DNA from: Candidatus Cloacimonadales bacterium
Lineage (GTDB): Bacteria > Cloacimonadota > Cloacimonadia > Cloacimonadales > JAFGVF01
DNA: 64,000 nt
Direction of reading: 5' to 3'
NCBI GenBank assembly: GCA_963677495.2
Contig: CAXXOU010000002.1
Location: 160,001 to 224,000 of the forward strand
Below the pieces are notes generated by a model, which was given only the letters and a program-made list of their open reading frames with translations, did not search any database and was not told the DNA's origin. Position 1 is the stretch's first letter. Each line of letters starts with the position of its first letter. A program made the position numbers and the translations under genes. Shown one piece after another: positions 29,222 to 40,312 of the stretch.

Positions 29222-29629
29222 CTATGTCTTTGCCCGTTGCTTCGTGATGTAATAGACGATAATACTACCAAGAACAATCACATTTATGATAATTGCGAAG
29301 AAGAAAACAAGGACAGGATGAAAGAACATAGTATAGACGAAATCCCTGAATCTAGCCGAAGATTGCTTTCGACTGGAAGTCCAAGCCTTTCTGTTTGACT
29401 CAAGAATCTCAGGGTCGAAACTAGCCTGATCAGTTGTAAAACTAGATGTGTAAGGACTAGTTTCTTTAAGCATAGGTTCGTTTAAATCTTTTTCATTACT
29501 CTCTATGAGTAAAGTATAGGTTAACCAGACTAACCCAATAGCAATCACAAACAAAGCAATACCATGAGCAACTTTTCGGATGGAATCTTCTCTGATTAAT
29601 AGGATAAGCTTTTTTAGTAATTCTCTCAT
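29222..29629 (-). CDS. Hypothetical two-TM membrane protein
   Basis: 135 aa with two hydrophobic segments; last gene of the minus-strand operon. Confidence 0.65.
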   Translation of the reverse strand: MRELLKKLILLIREDSIRKVAHGIALFVIAIGLVWLTYTLLIESNEKDLNEPMLKETSPYTSSFTTDQASFDPEILESNRKAWTSSRKQSSARFRDFVYTMFFHPVLVFFFAIIINVIVLGSIIVYYITKQRAKT

Positions 29630-29633
29630 AATG

Positions 29634-31082
29634 TTATCTTAATGATACTTTAATACCAACTCCTATATTCAATGGTTCCTCTTCATAATTAGAATATTTA
29701 GAAGAGCCAGTGTTGATTAAATGTTCGCTTTCCAAATAAACTGAAATCTCTTTCTTAAATCGATACTCAATATAACACTTTAAATCATACATCGGATCAA
29801 GCTTCACGTTTTGATGGCTGTATCGATTACTCTTATATTCAAATAGAGTATTAAAAAGAAATTTGTCAATATTTATATCTAATGACGTATTATTCTCATA
29901 CTCACTAAGATATGGAATCTTTGTATAATCTACAGAACCTTGATAATTGAGAGTGTTATAATCAAAATAGTTAAAGATAGTTTGATTTGAGAGTTTAAAT
30001 CTCTTAGATTTATAGCTTATAGCAAGAGATAAGCCGGTTAGATTGACATCTTCATACCTAAATCCAGTATAATCATTGGGGTTAATATAGCCGTAGTTGA
30101 CAATATATTTATGGAAGAGACTGATATTTAGGGGAAGAATCTGACTATTCCCATATACTAATGAAGCATTAACAGGTTGATACTCTGATTTCATGTCTGA
30201 AGCTATATCTAAATAATGATATGACTCTAAATCCTCACTAAAACTGTTTACTTTAACATTAGGACGATTACGAAATGACAATATGCCAAGTTTATTGTCA
30301 AATAATGGTAACTGCCAACCTAATGTTGGAACTAGGAGCTCATTATCACCCTGAATCCAAAATGAAAGCTTCATATCGCTTATTGAGAAATGATCCGCTA
30401 GACTGTATCTTATGTAATCATCTTTGCTTATCAGATTTAAACGAAGCTCTTGGGTTGGAGATAAGTTATATGAAGTGATGAGTTCGCTAGACATAAGTGT
30501 TTCTTTATCACCATCATCATACTCATCAAAAAAGGCACTTACGTATAACTCATTGAAACTAGAAACTTTGGATAGCTGATTTAAGTCAGCAGTTAGCTTG
30601 ACTCCTGAAAGTGTTATATCATTTCTAAGTTCATATGACTGGTTATAGAGATTGATACCAAAAGAATTATCTCTAATAGCAGGAAACCAGCCAAACTGCA
30701 TTGAAGAAATCTTCCAGTCATCAGCATAATCTTTAAAATCATAAAGAGCAGAGAAGCTTAACAATGATCTCTCAAAATCTTTATAAGCAGTTCTGAAATG
30801 GATTTTACTAGCTGAACCGATCTCTAACTCAGAATATGATTTGTGCTGTAAGAGAGAATCTTCTATAGCATTGAACTCATTTACGGGAGCGAAATACTTA
30901 TATCTGGTCTCTAAAGGGTGCTCAATTAACTCATACTCACTGATATCTCGATTGACTAGATGAAAATCAGCTGATTTGTTATCATCTCCCTCAATCTTGA
31001 CATCCTGCAGATTAAGGTCTCCTGCTTGCGCAAAGATTGAAAGGCATAGGGCTAGCAGGATTATTAGAAATGAAGCTCTCAT
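29634..31082 (-). CDS. Outer-membrane beta-barrel protein (TonB-receptor-like C-terminus)
   Basis: Signal peptide, aromatic alternating beta strands, C-terminal NIGVGIKVSLR. Confidence 0.7.
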   Translation of the reverse strand: MRASFLIILLALCLSIFAQAGDLNLQDVKIEGDDNKSADFHLVNRDISEYELIEHPLETRYKYFAPVNEFNAIEDSLLQHKSYSELEIGSASKIHFRTAYKDFERSLLSFSALYDFKDYADDWKISSMQFGWFPAIRDNSFGINLYNQSYELRNDITLSGVKLTADLNQLSKVSSFNELYVSAFFDEYDDGDKETLMSSELITSYNLSPTQELRLNLISKDDYIRYSLADHFSISDMKLSFWIQGDNELLVPTLGWQLPLFDNKLGILSFRNRPNVKVNSFSEDLESYHYLDIASDMKSEYQPVNASLVYGNSQILPLNISLFHKYIVNYGYINPNDYTGFRYEDVNLTGLSLAISYKSKRFKLSNQTIFNYFDYNTLNYQGSVDYTKIPYLSEYENNTSLDINIDKFLFNTLFEYKSNRYSHQNVKLDPMYDLKCYIEYRFKKEISVYLESEHLINTGSSKYSNYEEEPLNIGVGIKVSLR

Positions 31083-33956
31083 CTATTTCAACAACCTTTC
31101 GATCTTCTTTCTTTTATCTTTGGTAAGCTCATTCTTTATAACCTTAAACAGTTTTTGTGCCTGTTGCTTCTTACCTGCTTTGATATAGCATATACAAGTA
31201 GAGTATTCTGCATCTAAGACAGTATCTTTAAATTCAGGATAGATATATTTCACTCGTAATAATTCAGGTATCGCATCAGCATATTTCTTCTGAACTAGAA
31301 GTGATTTACCTTTTAAGTATTGAGCAGTAGCTCGTATTTGTTTGTTGTCATGCTTCAGAAGTTGCTCTAGCTCTTTTGAAACAGTTGATACTTTATTCTT
31401 ATCTATGTAGTACTCAACATACTCCAGTTTAGCTTCAGCATAATCTTTTGATGTACCTGAAGATATTACATTAGTGTAATCTGATAAGAAATCAGGATTA
31501 TTACTCAATCTGGAGATTCTCAGCAATCTAATAGCGGAAGAATACTCAGGGTTATCATTCTGTATTGCCCGAAGACTTGTTAAGGCTAATACGGTATCTC
31601 CTTTTGCAATATAAATATCTGCAAGATGGAAATTAACTTTCGATGGTTCAAGTTTCTTCAAGGTTTTTGTGAACAAGTTTTCAGCTTTATCGAAATCTTC
31701 ATTATGCTTCAAAGCTTCAGCATAGAGAATGACAAGCTCATCATCTTCACCGTAGTATTTTAGCTTTTCTACGATTTTATCTCCTGTCTTGACAGCATCT
31801 TTATAAATCTTTCTTTCCATTTCCCATTTCAACTGAATTGCTAACAATCTTTTGTTCTCATCTTTATCCTTATTGTTAGTGATCATCTTATGTAAATCAC
31901 CACGATAGTCACGTTGAGAATCTCGTACCATATTCCAGTAGAGTCCATCAATGACTAACTGAGTATTCTTTTTCAAATTATGCTCTAATAACAAGTAGGC
32001 AAAAGACGAGAATGATTCTTGATATGCCCCAAGATTGTACTGGGCATTAGCGATTCCAAGCTTTGCTTCGATGATGTGTTTTGATTTTTTGTGTTTCTTA
32101 ATGAGCTCTTCGTATACATTTATTGCTTGTTGATAGTCTTCATGATTGAAAGCTGCATTTGCTGAAAGAAGCAGATATCTATCCGGCGTGTCTGATTCAT
32201 TAGAAAGTAGTTTGAATGTTTCTTTTGCTTCATCATATCTTTCCATTTTGTAATATGTCCAAGCAGTCTGACTTAGAACTAGTTCAGTCTCTTTTGCATT
32301 TTTAGCATATTTCTTGGCAATTTGGTAATATATAAGTGCAAAATTATTCTTATCTCTATTAAACTCGATGTTTCCTTGAAGCATATATTTGTCAAAGAGA
32401 TATGGCTCCATTTCAGGTATCTTTTCAACAGATGTCATAGCTTTATCATATTGGCCGGAATAGTAGTATGAATGTGCAATTCGCTCAGTTGTTACATTGG
32501 TTTCGAAACCTTTATCTAATGCTTTAGTGAAATGAGAAATCGCCTTTTTATACTTCTTCTGAAGGAACTGAACTTCTCCTAAATAGTAGATAGATGTAAT
32601 TGCTTTTGGGTCTTCCGGGAAATCATCAACTACTTTGTTAAACCATCTGGTTGATTCATCCCATCCCCTTAGCGCAAGGTTACACATACCAAGTTTAAAG
32701 TAAACTTCACTTAAAAAGATTCCTTCATCATACATCAGTGTGTATTCAAGATAGAACTCTTTCGCTTCTGCATACCTTTCCAACATGTAGTAGATATCAC
32801 CAAAAAGGAACTGAGCTTTCTCTTGAAGGTTTGGATTTAAAGAGGTTTGACTTAGCTTAATCAGACTGTTCAACGCATCCGGATACTGCTCGAGCAAATA
32901 GTGAATCTGAGCTTTTTGATAATACGCTGTATCCAGATGGTTTTTGTTCGCAGGTGATTTTATAAATTTGCGTAGTTCAGCTAAAGCTTTATCGGGATTC
33001 TCTAAAGAAATAATATCCACTAGTTTAAAGAAACTATTATACTTAACCTCATTGTCAGTGGAATTAGCATAAAGTCTGCTAAGCTTCCCTTTAGCTTCTT
33101 CGAGTCTTCCTAAACGCTCGTATGCTAAACCTTGATAAAATGTCTTTTTATCGATGTATTTATCCATCCTTTTCAGGACGTCTAATGCTGTTACATAATC
33201 TTCAATTTCATAATAGGTTTGAGCTAAAATTAGGAGGTAATCATTATAATATCCCGAATCCTTTCTCAGTCTATAATGCCTATCAAGTATTGGAGCAAAG
33301 CTTTTCTTTTGATAGTTGTAATCAAACCATTTTACATAAGCAAAGTCAGTACCGGGATGTTTGGGAAAGCTTGAAAGCATCTTTTCCACTTCGTTACCGG
33401 TTTCAGTATCATTACCACGTTGGATCATAATCTGTACTTTCACACTAATGATATCAGGATTGCTCATAACTTCTTCAGCTTTCAATATTTCATTATATGC
33501 CTTTGAAATTTTGTCCTCGTTTAAATATGCTTTTGCATTCCAGTAATAAGGAATCCATCTATCTTCTCTTCGTGGGAATTTCTTTACGAAATAGTCTCTC
33601 ATTTCTCGAAGTTCTGTATATCGATTTAAGTGGTATAAACATTGAATACGTTTTATAACTGCCTCACCACGTAACTGCTCCATAGGCGCTTTTTTATAAA
33701 TCGATTTAAACACTTTGTCAGCTTCACTAAAGTTCCTCTCGGAAAAAAGGATATCTCCAAGAATAAGCCTTACAACCGGGTAGAACTCAGAATCCGGATA
33801 GTTCTTTTCGAATCTTGATATTTCAGTTTTAGCAATTGAGTTGTTACCATCTGAAAATAGACCATAAATGAATTGAAAGTCTTCTTTGTCTGTTCCAATA
33901 AGGTATGAAGCAAACAATAATATTGCTATAAGGATTGTTATTGTTTTCTTTGACAT
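31083..33956 (-). CDS. Exported tetratricopeptide-repeat protein
   Basis: Signal peptide followed by tandem TPR motifs throughout (for example YFKLGMC and YYLGEVQF). Confidence 0.9.
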   Translation of the reverse strand: MSKKTITILIAILLFASYLIGTDKEDFQFIYGLFSDGNNSIAKTEISRFEKNYPDSEFYPVVRLILGDILFSERNFSEADKVFKSIYKKAPMEQLRGEAVIKRIQCLYHLNRYTELREMRDYFVKKFPRREDRWIPYYWNAKAYLNEDKISKAYNEILKAEEVMSNPDIISVKVQIMIQRGNDTETGNEVEKMLSSFPKHPGTDFAYVKWFDYNYQKKSFAPILDRHYRLRKDSGYYNDYLLILAQTYYEIEDYVTALDVLKRMDKYIDKKTFYQGLAYERLGRLEEAKGKLSRLYANSTDNEVKYNSFFKLVDIISLENPDKALAELRKFIKSPANKNHLDTAYYQKAQIHYLLEQYPDALNSLIKLSQTSLNPNLQEKAQFLFGDIYYMLERYAEAKEFYLEYTLMYDEGIFLSEVYFKLGMCNLALRGWDESTRWFNKVVDDFPEDPKAITSIYYLGEVQFLQKKYKKAISHFTKALDKGFETNVTTERIAHSYYYSGQYDKAMTSVEKIPEMEPYLFDKYMLQGNIEFNRDKNNFALIYYQIAKKYAKNAKETELVLSQTAWTYYKMERYDEAKETFKLLSNESDTPDRYLLLSANAAFNHEDYQQAINVYEELIKKHKKSKHIIEAKLGIANAQYNLGAYQESFSSFAYLLLEHNLKKNTQLVIDGLYWNMVRDSQRDYRGDLHKMITNNKDKDENKRLLAIQLKWEMERKIYKDAVKTGDKIVEKLKYYGEDDELVILYAEALKHNEDFDKAENLFTKTLKKLEPSKVNFHLADIYIAKGDTVLALTSLRAIQNDNPEYSSAIRLLRISRLSNNPDFLSDYTNVISSGTSKDYAEAKLEYVEYYIDKNKVSTVSKELEQLLKHDNKQIRATAQYLKGKSLLVQKKYADAIPELLRVKYIYPEFKDTVLDAEYSTCICYIKAGKKQQAQKLFKVIKNELTKDKRKKIERLLK

Positions 33957-36900
33957 TAATTTTCCTCTGTATTCATCTCTTTTATCATTGGAAGAGCAAT
34001 GTTAACTACGGTGCCTTCATCCTCTTCACTTTTTATCCATATCTTACCATGATGAAGATCAACAATCCGTTTAGTTACAGATAAACCAAGCCCTAATCCA
34101 CAACTATCGTATTGAACAGTACCTGAGTGGTGAGAGTATAGATCTTTTAACTCTGAGAACTTAGTGAAAATACGGTCAATTTCATATTGTGGCATTCCTT
34201 TACCATTATCTCTTATTATGAAGACTATAGATTGCTGATCATTAATCTTCTCAGTTTGGAAAGTGGACCTTCTTATCACAACCTCAATTGAACCAAAGTC
34301 TTTTGTGAATCTTACCGAGTTATTAATAACATTCAGAACAGCAGTGAACATCGCTTCCCAATTAAAATATACATCAGGTAGGTTTTCCTCAATAGTAGAT
34401 TTTACTATCATCTTGCGTGATTTAGAAATTAATTCAGCTTCTTCAGTAATGTGTGAGGAAAACTCTGACAGATTGTTTGAAGTCAGCTGAAGCTTAGAAA
34501 GCGTATTGTAGCGATGTAGAGTCATGATACTTTCAGTAGTTCTAGTTAAATGTCCTATATTATCATCCGCTTTCTCCAGTAGAGTTGCTTTTTCCTCTTC
34601 AGAATGATACATCTTGCTTTTTAATCTATTTACTTGGCTGTTGAGCTTTGTAAGAGGAGTTATTAACTCGTGAGATACTATTCCTGCAAAACAGTCTTTA
34701 GCTTTCTCAAGATTTCCTAGAGCTATATTCCTTTGAACAAGGTTTTCATATTGTAATGAGTTCTGGATAGCAGCAGAGATTTGCATGAGCAAAAGTTTCA
34801 TCATATCCTGATGTATATTTAAACGACTACTGCTATCAAGATAGTTGTCCAAATATACAATGCCATATATCTCATTATTCTTTTGGAGAATAGGTGCAGC
34901 ATATACTGTTTGAACAACCAGCTCATCCTGATCTTGGTTCATCTTAAACTTTTTCTCATTCTGATTTATATGATGGTAATATTCTTTCTTTTGTGATTGA
35001 ACATCAGTAATTACATCATGACTTACATGTTCATTACTGTTTAGGAACTTCTTACTTGAATCCAGAGCAAGGTCTATTTCAAGCGAACCATCAAAAGTCT
35101 TTTTAAGAAGGAATCCTCTACTTGCACCGGTAAAGTCAATGCACCAGCTTAGTAAGCTCAAGTTTAACTTTGAAACATCAATTATGCCCATCATCTCTTG
35201 CGAGGCAAACATAAGTTTTGTGATAAGGTCTCTATTCTGTTTCATCTCAGAATATTCTTGGACTCTTACCAATATTGCAGTTAAATGTAATTTAAGGGCT
35301 TTCATCATCATCAGTTCATGTTTCTGATAGTTTAACTCACCTTCATCAGCAATAACTAAACAACCAATTTTAGCAGATTTTATGATCAATGGAACAAACA
35401 GATAATGCATACCTTTAATGTTAACTGTCTGTATATCATTATTGAATATGCTGTTGTATATATACTCCGGAATTTTTACAGAGGATGAGATTAGCTCTTC
35501 ACATTGGTATTCCATGAAGCTGGTAAGGTCATTATTGTTATCTATAAGATATATTGCGAAATGAGCTGGAGATATTGTTTCCTTCAAAGCTTTCTCAACA
35601 AAGAATCTGATACGTGTAACATTGCTGAGACGTAACAAGTCATAAAGCTGTTCAACAAGACTCTCCTTGTCTTGTTTTTTTCTAGGTTTAATCTCAACAA
35701 AGTTAAGGTCGGTTAAATATTTTTTTCTGTAAAAGTAATGCTTTTTAAAGAAGTTAGAAACTTCGACCTCGGCCCCGTCAATGATTATATCAAGCTTATT
35801 CTTCAGAAGTTTGAAGTACTGAGCAGCATATTTTCCTGCTTGTTTTTGTGAGTAGATTTGCACTAACATCGCTAGAATGTTTAGTTCCAAGAATAAGTAT
35901 TTATTAACCTTGGCTTCCTGATAAGCTTTTCTTAATGATCTTAAAACCAGTCTTATTGGTATATCTGCAGTTGCTAAATGAAGTTGAGCCTCAAGCATAT
36001 CTGCTTTTACAGACCAATATTTGAATCCAAACTCTTCACAATGAGTTCTGACCTGCAACAGAAGCTCTTTAGCTTCTAAGTACTTGCCTTTATTAATAAG
36101 TATTCTTGCTTTGTTACAATAGAAGATTGTTGTTGCATAGAAGTTATTGTGTTTTTTTACATATACCAGTGCTGATTCAAGATACTGTTCTGCTTCTTGG
36201 TAATTGCCTTCTGACTCAGCAATCATACTTAAAAGGTTATAGTAAAATTCCTCATTTTTAGTTTTATTAAAATCAATTTTAGCATTATTTTTAACTAACG
36301 GCATTATTTTTGATGCTTGTCCGGTTGAGATTAGGTAGTAAAAATAGGTTTTCACCGCCGGGGTTAGCTCCTCAATTTTTCCTTCAAGTAAGTTAGGCTG
36401 TAGATTGAAAAGGAATTCTGTAAAGTCTTTTAAAGGAGCAGTTTTGCTTTTCATCAAAGCAATGTTATTCATTATCGATGCATAGAATAAGTTGTTCTCA
36501 GTCTTAAGCGAAAAAGTCTTTGCTCTCTCTAAGTATTGACCTGCAGCTTTGAAGTCTCCCATCTTTAAGTAGGACTCTCCCAAGTTTAACATTGCTTGGG
36601 TTTTTGTCATTTTATTACCAAGTTTCTCAGAGTTATCTAAAGCCATATTAAAGAGCTCAATTGCCTTGTTAATATCACCTTGTCTAAGATAGATGTCTCC
36701 TATGTTGTTATAAACAAGAGATAGTAAACGTTTTATCTTATAAGTTTCCAGAATACTACGAGCTTGACTTAAGTGGTCAAAAGCTTCGTCCATAACATTA
36801 ATCTCTTCATAGAAGATTCCTAGATTATTATGAAGTGAAGCTAAGCGGAAAAATGCAACAGTATCATGAATAGGGGGTAGGTTCATGTAACAGTTTTCTA

Positions 36901-39433
36901 AGAGCTCAACTGCTTCTCTTGATTTCCCCATTCTACTTAAATAAACACTCATCCTGTCTGAATAGTATATTTTCAAAGGGATGCTCAATGGATACCCTTT
37001 CAATCTTTCCAGATGCTTTATTACTTCACGTGTTTTTCCCAATCTTGAATAAGCATGTGATAACACAATAGTTACAAGTCCCATCTGACGACCGGTAACA
37101 ACTAATTCTTCAGCTTTTTCAAGATTCTCAATCGCTTTATTATATTCTTCGGCATTAAAATATATCATGCTAATTACAAGATACTTTTCGAAGATATTCG
37201 GGAGCTTCATAAACTTTGGTAATAGGTTATAAACATGTGATACATCTGCAGACACTGTTATCTTGTTTAGCAGTAAATTCAGATCTGACATAAACAGGTG
37301 TTCAGGTAACTTCCCCCCTAGATCAAAGTCTATTTCCAGAACTCTAACAATCTCTTTAAATGCTTCATCCTGTTCATAATCAGAATCGAATCTATTATAT
37401 AATCTCAATCTATATTTACGCATACAAAGCAAGTCACCGGTGACTTTAGCATTTGCAATAACACCCAGACATACTTTAGGATCATTTGTATTGATTGTCT
37501 CAAAGTAATCAATAACCCTTCTAGATATTTCTTTTCGTGTCTTGAGAGGCATGTTTTTAAGAAGTCTTGTTTTAGCTTCCTTGAACGTAAATCTATAGCT
37601 ATCATTAGCTTTTATAAGGATATCGTTATTTACTGCGTCGTTGATCAGGAAGAAGACCTGCTTTTCATCCAGTCCCAATACAAAAGTGATAAGCTCATTG
37701 GTTAGGGGAGTCTCAACACATGCAAGCGTCTTCAAAAGTCTTAAGTTCTCAGTTTTTAAATGTATCAACCTGTTATGTATCTGCATCAACAAGTTACTCT
37801 TCATTCTATAGTTTGAGACATTATAGTCGAATTTGAATCTACCGTTTTTTAGTATATGACCCTCTTGGGTTAAGGCGATCATCAAATCTCTAATCATACC
37901 GGGGTTACCGGCACATCTGTTCCAAAGCTCCTCCACAAACTCTTTAGGAGGTTCTATTTGAACTAGTTTATGTATGTAGTTTTGAGTTTCCGTTACTGTT
38001 AGAGGTTGTACTTTAATCAAGGCACCATTCTTAAGAAGAGGTACTTTCGTGAAGTCGCTAAAGCTCAAAACAAGTAGAATTCTCTGTTCCCTTATTTCTA
38101 CTGATAAGTAGTTAATGAAATCTATTGTATGCTGAGTAAGATACTGACAGTTTCTGATAATAAAGACAAGTGGTTTATCTTCAGAGAGGTGCACTACATA
38201 GTTCTTTGCAGATTCAAAGTCAGCTTTTAAGTCATCGTCACTCTTATATATCGAGCTAACAGATTCTTTCGACTTATATAAATATTCAGAGAAGTTCGGT
38301 GAAATTGTTTCAAGGTCTTTAGCAAACTCTTTATCACTCATTGCTTTAAACTCATGAAACTCTTTTATTAATGCATAGAAAGGATGTAGTGTCTTTGGTC
38401 CGCAAGCATAATCAAACAAGTAAACACTTCCATTTAATAAGTGGTATTTGAAAAGTGATAGCAGGTTATTCTTTCCAAGCCCTGCATTTCCAATTATTGC
38501 AACAGTTTTACCATTCCCTTCTCTAATACTGGGCAGGTATCCGGTTAACATGTGACTGTACCTATCTCTGACAATATAACTATTGAAGCGTAAATTATTC
38601 ACTATGCTCCATTCTCGTGAAAATGGGTACTGTGTTAATTGGGTACTATTTATGTACTTAATAACCTGTCCCGCTTTGTTGAAGCGTTCTTCAGGGTTCT
38701 TACTTAAGAATTTAAGAAGCATCTTCTCAAGCTCTAGCGGGATACTAGGGTTTAACTCTCTAGCTGATTTTGGGAAGAAGTGTTGCTGTTTGCCCGAAAT
38801 CAGAGATGAGATAGTGTCGATTGAGAAGGGATATGAACCTGTAGTCAACCAATAGAGAATAACACCTAAAGAGTAGTAGTCACTACTTTTATTTGCCTGC
38901 TCCCCCAAGAAAACTTCAGGAGCAATATAGGGTAGCGAACTCGTGAGGTGACGATTCTTCTCCTGTAATGTAACTTTAGTAAATCCAAAGTCAGCGACTT
39001 TCACTTGTAAACCGTTCTCATTAATTCTGTATAGAATGTTTTCAGGTTTCAAATCTTTATGTGTAATGCCATGACTATGCAGAGCATGGAGTGCGTAGCA
39101 TATTTGTACAACTAACTCATAAAAAAGGTCGATTTGATTTATCTTGAAAGGAAAGTTCTTTAAAGAACGACCTTCGAAATACTCGCAGATGTAGTAAATT
39201 CTGTCTTCTATATTACCGAAGTCTTTAACATGAATCAGATTTGGATGTTCAATTTTTGTAATATGATGCATGTCTTCCGGTGTGAATTTCTCATACAATT
39301 CATTTGCAGAAATTTGCTGAAAATACTTAAGCGCGTAGATATTACCGGTTCGGATATCCTTAACTTTGTATACTGTAGCCCAGATTCCGGTTCCCAGGCT
39401 CTCTAAAACCTCATAGCGAGAATCAATAATCAT
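33956..39433 (-). CDS. Hybrid Ser/Thr kinase - STAND-like NTPase - TPR - GAF - histidine kinase
   Basis: GGAGGA RBS before ATG 39433. LGTG, HKDLKPEN, DFG and APE kinase motifs; GNAGLGK; AGNP; TPRs; GAF; SHELITPL H-box; DNGKGM and GLGLGL HATPase motifs. Confidence 0.92.
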   Translation of the reverse strand: MIIDSRYEVLESLGTGIWATVYKVKDIRTGNIYALKYFQQISANELYEKFTPEDMHHITKIEHPNLIHVKDFGNIEDRIYYICEYFEGRSLKNFPFKINQIDLFYELVVQICYALHALHSHGITHKDLKPENILYRINENGLQVKVADFGFTKVTLQEKNRHLTSSLPYIAPEVFLGEQANKSSDYYSLGVILYWLTTGSYPFSIDTISSLISGKQQHFFPKSARELNPSIPLELEKMLLKFLSKNPEERFNKAGQVIKYINSTQLTQYPFSREWSIVNNLRFNSYIVRDRYSHMLTGYLPSIREGNGKTVAIIGNAGLGKNNLLSLFKYHLLNGSVYLFDYACGPKTLHPFYALIKEFHEFKAMSDKEFAKDLETISPNFSEYLYKSKESVSSIYKSDDDLKADFESAKNYVVHLSEDKPLVFIIRNCQYLTQHTIDFINYLSVEIREQRILLVLSFSDFTKVPLLKNGALIKVQPLTVTETQNYIHKLVQIEPPKEFVEELWNRCAGNPGMIRDLMIALTQEGHILKNGRFKFDYNVSNYRMKSNLLMQIHNRLIHLKTENLRLLKTLACVETPLTNELITFVLGLDEKQVFFLINDAVNNDILIKANDSYRFTFKEAKTRLLKNMPLKTRKEISRRVIDYFETINTNDPKVCLGVIANAKVTGDLLCMRKYRLRLYNRFDSDYEQDEAFKEIVRVLEIDFDLGGKLPEHLFMSDLNLLLNKITVSADVSHVYNLLPKFMKLPNIFEKYLVISMIYFNAEEYNKAIENLEKAEELVVTGRQMGLVTIVLSHAYSRLGKTREVIKHLERLKGYPLSIPLKIYYSDRMSVYLSRMGKSREAVELLENCYMNLPPIHDTVAFFRLASLHNNLGIFYEEINVMDEAFDHLSQARSILETYKIKRLLSLVYNNIGDIYLRQGDINKAIELFNMALDNSEKLGNKMTKTQAMLNLGESYLKMGDFKAAGQYLERAKTFSLKTENNLFYASIMNNIALMKSKTAPLKDFTEFLFNLQPNLLEGKIEELTPAVKTYFYYLISTGQASKIMPLVKNNAKIDFNKTKNEEFYYNLLSMIAESEGNYQEAEQYLESALVYVKKHNNFYATTIFYCNKARILINKGKYLEAKELLLQVRTHCEEFGFKYWSVKADMLEAQLHLATADIPIRLVLRSLRKAYQEAKVNKYLFLELNILAMLVQIYSQKQAGKYAAQYFKLLKNKLDIIIDGAEVEVSNFFKKHYFYRKKYLTDLNFVEIKPRKKQDKESLVEQLYDLLRLSNVTRIRFFVEKALKETISPAHFAIYLIDNNNDLTSFMEYQCEELISSSVKIPEYIYNSIFNNDIQTVNIKGMHYLFVPLIIKSAKIGCLVIADEGELNYQKHELMMMKALKLHLTAILVRVQEYSEMKQNRDLITKLMFASQEMMGIIDVSKLNLSLLSWCIDFTGASRGFLLKKTFDGSLEIDLALDSSKKFLNSNEHVSHDVITDVQSQKKEYYHHINQNEKKFKMNQDQDELVVQTVYAAPILQKNNEIYGIVYLDNYLDSSSRLNIHQDMMKLLLMQISAAIQNSLQYENLVQRNIALGNLEKAKDCFAGIVSHELITPLTKLNSQVNRLKSKMYHSEEEKATLLEKADDNIGHLTRTTESIMTLHRYNTLSKLQLTSNNLSEFSSHITEEAELISKSRKMIVKSTIEENLPDVYFNWEAMFTAVLNVINNSVRFTKDFGSIEVVIRRSTFQTEKINDQQSIVFIIRDNGKGMPQYEIDRIFTKFSELKDLYSHHSGTVQYDSCGLGLGLSVTKRIVDLHHGKIWIKSEEDEGTVVNIALPMIKEMNTEEN

Positions 39434-39551
39434 TAATTCCTCCCACAATAATGAACTCTTTGTTTTTATCTAAATGTCAAGGGAAATGTTGTGCTATTTA
39501 TCTGGAGATAAAAGGAATTAATCTATTATCCCTAAATTGAAACGGAGTTAA

Positions 39552-40007
39552 CTACTTCTCCTGCTTTTCTAAATCTATGTTTGCCACAGGATAGGGGTAG
39601 CTAAAATGAAAGATTTGCATAAATGTACCCCTTAATCTATTATCCTTTATATTGCATGGAACTGTAAATCTACGAATTTCTTGAGAATCATTTTCACTAA
39701 TCTTTCCTACTAAAGTTCCGGATTTTACTATATAGTCTGATTTTACATTAAGAAACTTCCCGATTTTACCTCTATTATATGCGAAAATGCAGTCATTTAG
39801 AATTGAATTACCTAGTTTTCCCGTAACAGAAAAATTCTCATGGAAGGTGATTTCTACTCGAACTGAATCTCGGATTACAACTCCATCGCTTTTGAGAAAA
39901 GCTTTTGATTCACCTACCCAGCTTCCAAGTAACTCTTGGGGAACTACCCCTTCTGCAAAGAGTTGAAAACAACCTATTAAAAACGCTATAAATAGAATGT
40001 GTTTCAC
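39552..40007 (-). CDS. Exported hypothetical protein
   Basis: GTG start with GGAAGG upstream; signal peptide; LLGSWVG beta-rich domain. Confidence 0.7.
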   Translation of the reverse strand: MKHILFIAFLIGCFQLFAEGVVPQELLGSWVGESKAFLKSDGVVIRDSVRVEITFHENFSVTGKLGNSILNDCIFAYNRGKIGKFLNVKSDYIVKSGTLVGKISENDSQEIRRFTVPCNIKDNRLRGTFMQIFHFSYPYPVANIDLEKQEK

Positions 40008-40312
40008 ACAATACCTTCCTGTTTAAATATGTTTTAAAAAGCATTTGCAGAATGAAACCAATTTGGTTTATGTCAAGATAATCGTCAATCAATCCTAATC
40101 TATCCTCGAATTAATGCGAACAATTTATGAGTGTATTGTAAAACAAGTAAAGTAAACAAAGTGTAGAAATGATTCATGCATGCTCATGTGTGAAGAGATT
40201 AGATAGTTTTCATTGGAATGTGAAGTCTGAGATAAAAAGCTATAGTTTTTTGAAAATTCTTGACAATTGACTTCATGCGATGTAATTATATATTGCGAGT
40301 ATAGTAAGAAAG

